32,761 bases of DNA from a virus (Duplodnaviria > Caudoviricetes), in the IMG/VR virus record IMGVR_UViG_3300049781_000104, positions 1-32,761 of that record. The stretch is one strand, 5' to 3'. The position numbers were made by a program, and so were the translations under genes. The notes under the pieces were generated by a model. The model did no database searches. It was not told the origin of the DNA and saw only the letters and a program-made list of their open reading frames with translations. Positions 28,220-32,761 of this stretch are shown here, one piece after another (the first letter of the stretch is position 1; each line of letters starts with the position of its first letter).

Positions 28220-29182
28220 TTACGGGGTAGGGAGCGCCTGGTCGTTGACAAATACGAATTCCGGAATTGTGAACCCGATGCCTTCGTACCAATCTGTAAA
28301 AAACTTTACCTGCCTGTCCACGGACTCAACTTTAACGCCATTAGCGCCTGCAGCTTTTTTCATTGGCCGCTTCCTGACTCCTGAAGGAGACGCCCATATA
28401 CGATTACTGCCATTATGTGAAGGTAATCCTACCACCGTAGCGTTGGGGTAGTCTGCAAGTGTCTCCAGGTTAGGCTCTTGGGCGTAATTAGTGTTATATT
28501 TCACGCGCTTACCCCTGCGATATCTTACTTCCATAGTCTCCGAGACGAAAACATGGTCAATCAGTTTGCGATACTGAGTTGGGATGCCATCCACAAACCT
28601 TTCTATATAATCAACCGCTTGGGCATCGGTTGTAGGCACTGAACCACTGACAATCGGGGTAATTCTACCAGCCGTGATTAGACCATTTTGGATCTTTAGG
28701 ATGCCATCCATGGCTGTTCCCGCAGCACCAGGGGTACCCGGTGTGGGCGCAACATGAGAACCGCCAAAGACTTCATAAAGCTCGTAATCTTCCTGGATCT
28801 TAGGCAAAATGTGCTCTTCAATCATCCAACGAACAAAGGGCCATGACTTGCGGTCTACATCCTCGCCTTCCAGAAATCCTAACCAGGACTCCGCAATCGT
28901 ATCTGGATATTCTGCCTTGTCAACTTTCATTTTGAAGAGATCGATGGGATTAGGCGTAAACTTCAAGTTGCCCATCGGCGTGAATTGTTGCTGAAACGGT
29001 TGGAGAACCCTGTCCAATTCGGCAGAAGCTAACTGCCAACGGGTGTTCTGTGTCGGGACCGGGCTGAAGTAGCTGGCCGTAACGCTTGGCCTATACAGCT
29101 TCTTGAATAAGCTTTGTAGGTTCTGTCCAGACGCCAGGTAATATGCACCATATTCGGCAATTACATCTGCTACGTTGATCAT
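28220..29182 (-). CDS. Major capsid protein
   Basis: 320 aa following the protease/scaffold; QPFQ..FTP, WPFVRW and MDG motifs. Confidence 0.8.
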   Translation of the reverse strand: MINVADVIAEYGAYYLASGQNLQSLFKKLYRPSVTASYFSPVPTQNTRWQLASAELDRVLQPFQQQFTPMGNLKFTPNPIDLFKMKVDKAEYPDTIAESWLGFLEGEDVDRKSWPFVRWMIEEHILPKIQEDYELYEVFGGSHVAPTPGTPGAAGTAMDGILKIQNGLITAGRITPIVSGSVPTTDAQAVDYIERFVDGIPTQYRKLIDHVFVSETMEVRYRRGKRVKYNTNYAQEPNLETLADYPNATVVGLPSHNGSNRIWASPSGVRKRPMKKAAGANGVKVESVDRQVKFFTDWYEGIGFTIPEFVFVNDQALPTP

Positions 29183-29226
29183 GGTCTGTTAAAGGTTTAT
29201 GTGATTAAATGTTGATTTGACTTCTA

Positions 29227-29535
29227 TTAGCGACCTAACATCTGATCCGCCCATTCGTTATGGGCGAAATTTTGTGACTTGGCGCCATTATCGAACGTGT
29301 CTTCCTCTTTTACCGTTTCGGTAGTCATTCCCGCAGATCCTTCCAGATCGTTCACCTTTGCTTGTAAAGAGGTAACTGAGCCTGTCAGTCTTTCATTTTC
29401 CGCTTTCAACTGCGCTATTTCGGATTCTTTGGATGTGATCAGCTGCTGGGACGCCGCTGCGCTTTCTTCAGAACCGGCGAGTGTCTGTTCAAGGTTATCA
29501 AGATTCTCATGAGACATCCAAATGCCTTCATTCAT
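29227..29535 (-). CDS. Scaffold (coiled-coil) segment, in frame with the upstream protease
   Basis: Acidic coiled coil in the same frame as 29548..30507, separated by a single TAG. Confidence 0.7.
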   Translation of the reverse strand: MNEGIWMSHENLDNLEQTLAGSEESAAASQQLITSKESEIAQLKAENERLTGSVTSLQAKVNDLEGSAGMTTETVKEEDTFDNGAKSQNFAHNEWADQMLGR

Positions 29536-29547
29536 TTGTTCAAAGCC

Positions 29548-30507
29548 CTAGTCAGCTTTTGCTGCAGCAGCGGTTTTAGGGAACTTCATGCTATATGAGT
29601 TTTGAGTTTGTTTTTGCTGGATCTGAACCTGTGCTGCTAGACGCAAGGCGTGCTTTACCGCCAGTTGGAAATCGCCGATGGTGTCTATTAAACCATATTT
29701 CAAAGAGTCGGATGCGTTGTATGTCTTGCCGGTTAACACGTCTTCTTTATCGCTTAATTTATTGCCCCTGGCGGAGTTAATTGCGGCCAAAAATGAGTCA
29801 TTAATGCCGTTTAACTCCATCTTTAGCTGATTGTAGGCATCATCGTCCCCTGAGTTTCGCTTGAAAAAATCTGCCCACTTATCTTTGCTTTTGTCAGCAA
29901 AGACATAATGAACCCTTATTCCTTCTTTTTCATATTTCCCTGACAAGTCTTCCCAAGAGGCCATCGTACCAATACTTCCTACCACTGCGTTCCAACCATT
30001 ATTAGCACCATGAACAATTATCTCACTAGTATTGGCAGCAAGCCAATATCCACCACTGCAGATCATACGATCGCTATAGGTGACGATTGGTTTTTCAGCG
30101 TTCGCTTTTTTTATTACATCCGCCAGAGCCTCTGTGCCATCGACCTGGCCACCCGGACAATCCATCCAGAGAACTGTGCATCGGATCGAAGGGTCGGCAG
30201 TCACCGACTTAATTATTTGCTGTAGGGATTGGGAACCGGGATCTCCACAGAGATCATACTTAGCAATAGGATAATTGACTCTGATTACCTGAACCTCTCC
30301 CTTGCGATCCGTTACGCCATCTTTGTTGACGCGAAACAGAACATTTCTGTCATCATTAAACCCTTCTCCATATTGGATTCTGCGGTCGGATAACGGAACA
30401 CTATTTCCACGGAAAAGATTAGCGGCATATTCAGCGTAATGCTGAGCGGACCTTGGTTCGATAAACCAGGGACGATTAATAATTCCTATGAGTAGTTTTA
30501 TATCCAC
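29548..30507 (-). CDS. S49 (SppA/ClpP-class) prohead protease
   Basis: DCPGG, KPIV, CSGGYWLA, VGSIG, KS..K and GLID motifs. Confidence 0.92.
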   Translation of the reverse strand: MDIKLLIGIINRPWFIEPRSAQHYAEYAANLFRGNSVPLSDRRIQYGEGFNDDRNVLFRVNKDGVTDRKGEVQVIRVNYPIAKYDLCGDPGSQSLQQIIKSVTADPSIRCTVLWMDCPGGQVDGTEALADVIKKANAEKPIVTYSDRMICSGGYWLAANTSEIIVHGANNGWNAVVGSIGTMASWEDLSGKYEKEGIRVHYVFADKSKDKWADFFKRNSGDDDAYNQLKMELNGINDSFLAAINSARGNKLSDKEDVLTGKTYNASDSLKYGLIDTIGDFQLAVKHALRLAAQVQIQQKQTQNSYSMKFPKTAAAAKAD

Positions 30508-30548
30508 GATACAAACATCGCGGTAATCTCATGTTAAATAAAGGACAG
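30508..30548 (-). promoter_or_regulatory. Putative late promoter C (CTGTCCTT motif)
   Basis: CTGTCCTT starts 41 nt before GTG 30507, with a GATGTTTG -7-like element. Confidence 0.7.
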
Positions 30549-30673
30549 ACAAACAGAAGAAATCTGCCACCAGAAGGCGTTCACTGTGGGTTATATTATG
30601 GCAAAGGAAAGTATAATTTGTAAAAGTGCCAGCTTTGCGGAGAGAAAGACGGGAAAAGCACTAAGGACAGTAT

Positions 30674-30898
30674 TCATTGAACTTTACTGGCCTCATGCTG
30701 CTCAACAATCCAGACCAATGCGTCAAAATCTTCCAAAGTCAGAAATATGCTTCGACGTACCCATTGTCCCTGGCTATCTTTTAAAACCGCACCTTTAGAA
30801 ACTCCATCTATCCGAATATTCCACATATACAGATCGTAAAGTGGTTTAACTAGCTCTACATGTCGCCCTTCAGTGTCCATAAAGCTTATACACTCCAT
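30674..30898 (-). CDS. Small hypothetical protein
   Basis: Likely ATG at 30898; downstream of the HTH repressor. Confidence 0.6.
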   Translation of the reverse strand: MECISFMDTEGRHVELVKPLYDLYMWNIRIDGVSKGAVLKDSQGQWVRRSIFLTLEDFDALVWIVEQHEASKVQ

Positions 30899-30932
30899 AC
30901 CGATCAAAATTGGCAGAAAAATACTAATTTTT

Positions 30933-31151
30933 TTAGTATTTCAGTAGTTCGGAGACGGTTATACCGAATGCGGAGGCTATTTTATGCAGATATGTAAGCC
31001 CTGGGTTTATCAGGCCACGCTCTATTTTACCAATATATCCAGGATCGAGATCCGCTTCATGGGAAAGCTGCGCCTGTGACCAACTCCGCTCGTCACGAAG
31101 CTGCTTTATCCTGGCTCCAAATTGTTCCTTTAATTGTTTATCGCTCGGCAT
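30933..31151 (-). CDS. XRE-family HTH regulator, controller (C) protein-like
   Basis: FGARIKQLR...SQAQL...YIGKIERG..NP.L...KIA pattern; 72 aa. Confidence 0.92.
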   Translation of the reverse strand: MPSDKQLKEQFGARIKQLRDERSWSQAQLSHEADLDPGYIGKIERGLINPGLTYLHKIASAFGITVSELLKY

Positions 31152-31176
31152 ACAAATGCGAACATATAAAGACTTA

Positions 31177-31230
31177 TTACAATTATACCTATATGATTAT
31201 ACAGGTATAATTGTACAGGTATGATCATAC
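31177..31230. promoter_or_regulatory. Four tandem 12-bp palindromic operators, 14-bp period, between divergent promoters
   Basis: TTACAATTATAC, ATATGATTATAC, GTATAATTGTAC, GTATGATCATAC. Flanking -7-like elements are TATGTTCG (-, 31159-31166) and TATATTCG (+, 31243-31250). Confidence 0.8.
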
Positions 31231-31251
31231 TTATTTTTTCTGTATATTCGA

Positions 31252-31324
31252 AACTCCAGTATTAAGTGCGGGTAAGCACTTACAATGCATACCGAACCCG
31301 GCTTTTCAAAGCAGGGTTCATTTT
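31252..31324 (+). ncRNA. Putative small RNA or attenuator leader
   Basis: Starts right after a -7-like element. Hairpin taagtgc/gcactta, then terminator-like gaaccc-g-gctt..aagc-a-gggttc-atttt. Its 5' 18 nt are repeated at 13368-13385. Confidence 0.6.
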
Positions 31325-31385
31325 AAAATTCATTGCTAAATCGCTGATAACCGGCACAAACTGTCAACCAGTTAAACAAACAAAT

Positions 31386-31667
31386 ATGAAAATCAATCCC
31401 AGGGCAGAGGCCCTAATAATAGCCGAAATAACCGGATCTATTACCAGCGAAGAAAGCGCTGAATTAGCGGAATTGAGGAACAAGTCTTCTGCGGTAAAAG
31501 CCTTATCAGAGGGCATGCACATGGTACTGGACCCAGACATTGTAGAGATAAGCAAGGTCATGGTTACTGCAGAACAGATCATTGATAAGGGAAATGCGCA
31601 ATTGGCTAAGATGCGCAGGGTTAAAGGTTTTCTGGCCCGAATGCTGAAATTTAATGCCTCAAAATAA
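31386..31667 (+). CDS. 93-aa protein resembling the N-terminal sigma-binding domain of Bacteroidota FecR-type anti-sigma factors
   Basis: Likely ATG at 31386 after an A-rich leader; LII..ITGSITSEESAEL pattern; no TM or periplasmic part. Confidence 0.5.
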   Translation: MKINPRAEALIIAEITGSITSEESAELAELRNKSSAVKALSEGMHMVLDPDIVEISKVMVTAEQIIDKGNAQLAKMRRVKGFLARMLKFNASK

Positions 31668-31742
31668 AACAGGAAAAAGCCCCTGAACGTACAAGTTTCT
31701 TCCCAAACACCCTTGATATAACTTAATCCAAAACAATTCACA

Positions 31743-32189
31743 ATGAAAGACTTACAGGAACTTGAACAGCATGTAAACGAAACAAATATTTCTCTTTCTC
31801 AAAAAAATTGGATACGGATCGTCCCCCCTAATCAGCTTAGTGAAGCACATACCAGGATGGCTGAAGTAAGAAAGGAACTTTTAGACGCTGTTTTTCACGC
31901 TGTTGATGTCATTGACGGTATCCAGTGGATAATAGATTATGCTGCAGAAAAACAGCCAGGAATGCCCGCTAAATCGGTGAATCCCGAAGGGATACCGTAT
32001 TCTACTGAAGACCTACTGAAAATGCGTTTGAAATCACTTTATGCAATAGCACCTGCCATTGTCGTAGATGACGTAATTAAGTACGTTAATATGACCCTCG
32101 ATGAATACAGACAGGAGATTGCAAAATTGATGTACGCTAACAGTGAGTTGAAAAGAGCGAATAAAGCATATGAACGGCAGCTCCGGTAA
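31743..32189 (+). CDS. Hypothetical protein
   Basis: 148-aa ORF, A-rich leader, C-terminal coiled coil. Confidence 0.7.
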   Translation: MKDLQELEQHVNETNISLSQKNWIRIVPPNQLSEAHTRMAEVRKELLDAVFHAVDVIDGIQWIIDYAAEKQPGMPAKSVNPEGIPYSTEDLLKMRLKSLYAIAPAIVVDDVIKYVNMTLDEYRQEIAKLMYANSELKRANKAYERQLR

Positions 32190-32217
32190 GCGCCTAAGAA
32201 CAACTTGAGTCCCCAAC

Positions 32218-32400
32218 TTACTTCAGGAATTCCTTTACCCACTCTGTAACCGCCCCGACGTATTTTTCAGGCAGCGGGCGTTGATCATCGACCCAAGCCT
32301 TAAGCGTGCGTCTTGGGATGTCAATTTCCTTCGCTATACGGTCGATTTTGATGTAATCGCCTCTGGATTTTAACCAGGTCAGAAGTTCTTCTTTTGTCAT
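32218..32400 (-). CDS. Small Cro-like HTH protein
   Basis: IDRIAKEIDIPRRTLKAWVDDQRPLP HTH pattern. Confidence 0.75.
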   Translation of the reverse strand: MTKEELLTWLKSRGDYIKIDRIAKEIDIPRRTLKAWVDDQRPLPEKYVGAVTEWVKEFLK

Positions 32401-32486
32401 AACTCAAAAAAAGGGCCGAAGCCCTATGAATATTATAAATTCCATTGCCCCCTGTGTATCGGGAGCTGGTACAATTAGATACAGAA

Positions 32487-32747
32487 TTACAGCAAAACGT
32501 TTTCGTGACGGGTGAATTCATTATCAAGCGCAACAATATTCCCCGCTTCATCCTGGAATACTCCGTACAGATCACCGTTTTCATGAATGTGTTGAAAATC
32601 CGTATTGAATTCCTCAATAGAAGCGAAACGAATAATCGGCATTGTCTCATCCGTAGTGTCGATGTTATTGATGTCTGCTGTCTTGTGGATTGCGATAGTT
32701 GAAGCGCTCATGTTTGGGAGTTTTGATGTGATGTTTTTCGATAACAA
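32487..32747 (-). CDS. Small acidic hypothetical protein (start may be the internal MSAST)
   Basis: ORF upstream of the Cro-like gene. Confidence 0.5.
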   Translation of the reverse strand: MLSKNITSKLPNMSASTIAIHKTADINNIDTTDETMPIIRFASIEEFNTDFQHIHENGDLYGVFQDEAGNIVALDNEFTRHENVLL

Positions 32748-32761
32748 TTCGAAGATACAAC

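Larger units (their letters stand above)
7741..32761. mobile_element. Temperate siphovirus-type prophage integrated at an ssrA att site; extends past the right edge
   Basis: Att fragment plus integrase, followed by a contiguous minus-strand packaging/head/tail module and HTH regulators. Confidence 0.93.

Noticed and set aside
9713-30274. Numerous + strand ORFs opposite phage genes
   Set aside because: These are antisense shadows of long, well-supported minus-strand genes.
9418-30507. Genome-wide TAG recoding (code 15) as in some Bacteroidota phages
   Set aside because: There is only one in-frame TAG. Long genes such as the 1389-aa tape measure are uninterrupted, and no suppressor tRNA is seen.
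30663-30670. Fourth CTGTCCTT copy
   Set aside because: No -7-like element or start codon at the 41-42 nt spacing; it may be chance or an auxiliary site.
31177-31230. CRISPR-like mini-array
   Set aside because: The 14-bp period leaves no spacers; operators explain it better. No CRISPR array or cas gene is seen in the window.
31266-31385. GTG start extending ORF 31386..31667 to 133 aa
   Set aside because: The extension runs through two RNA hairpins, while ATG 31386 has a typical A-rich Bacteroidota leader.

Overview
Bacteroidota DNA, probably Chitinophagaceae-like (inferred from protein families and TAnnTTYG promoter elements). The window has three parts. (1) 1-~7000: an AT-rich, minus-strand array of orphan Rhs C-terminal toxin/immunity cassettes. 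Three start with the same 23-49 bp Rhs-core repeat, and the cassettes nearer the left edge are broken by stops and frameshifts. (2) ~7080-7800: a GC-rich, highly self-complementary non-coding block, then an isolated tmRNA (ssrA) 3' end that serves as an att site. (3) 7881-32761: a temperate siphovirus-type prophage. It carries an integrase, a Dam-type methylase, terminase, tail proteins, portal, tape measure, tail tube, capsid, an S49 protease/scaffold and the start of the regulatory region. The most notable non-obvious signals are: (a) a putative ~70-nt RNA behind four tandem operators and a C-protein-like repressor, whose 5' 18 nt are exactly complementary to the 5' UTR of a small ORF 17.9 kb away; (b) a CTGTCCTT motif 41-42 nt upstream of the start codon of each of the three late operons; (c) a single in-frame amber codon splitting the protease-scaffold gene; (d) a stand-alone anti-sigma-like N-terminal domain; (e) a stand-alone paralog of an HNH-type toxin tip placed between toxin and immunity gene. 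All protein assignments come from motif recognition by eye; no database searches were run.
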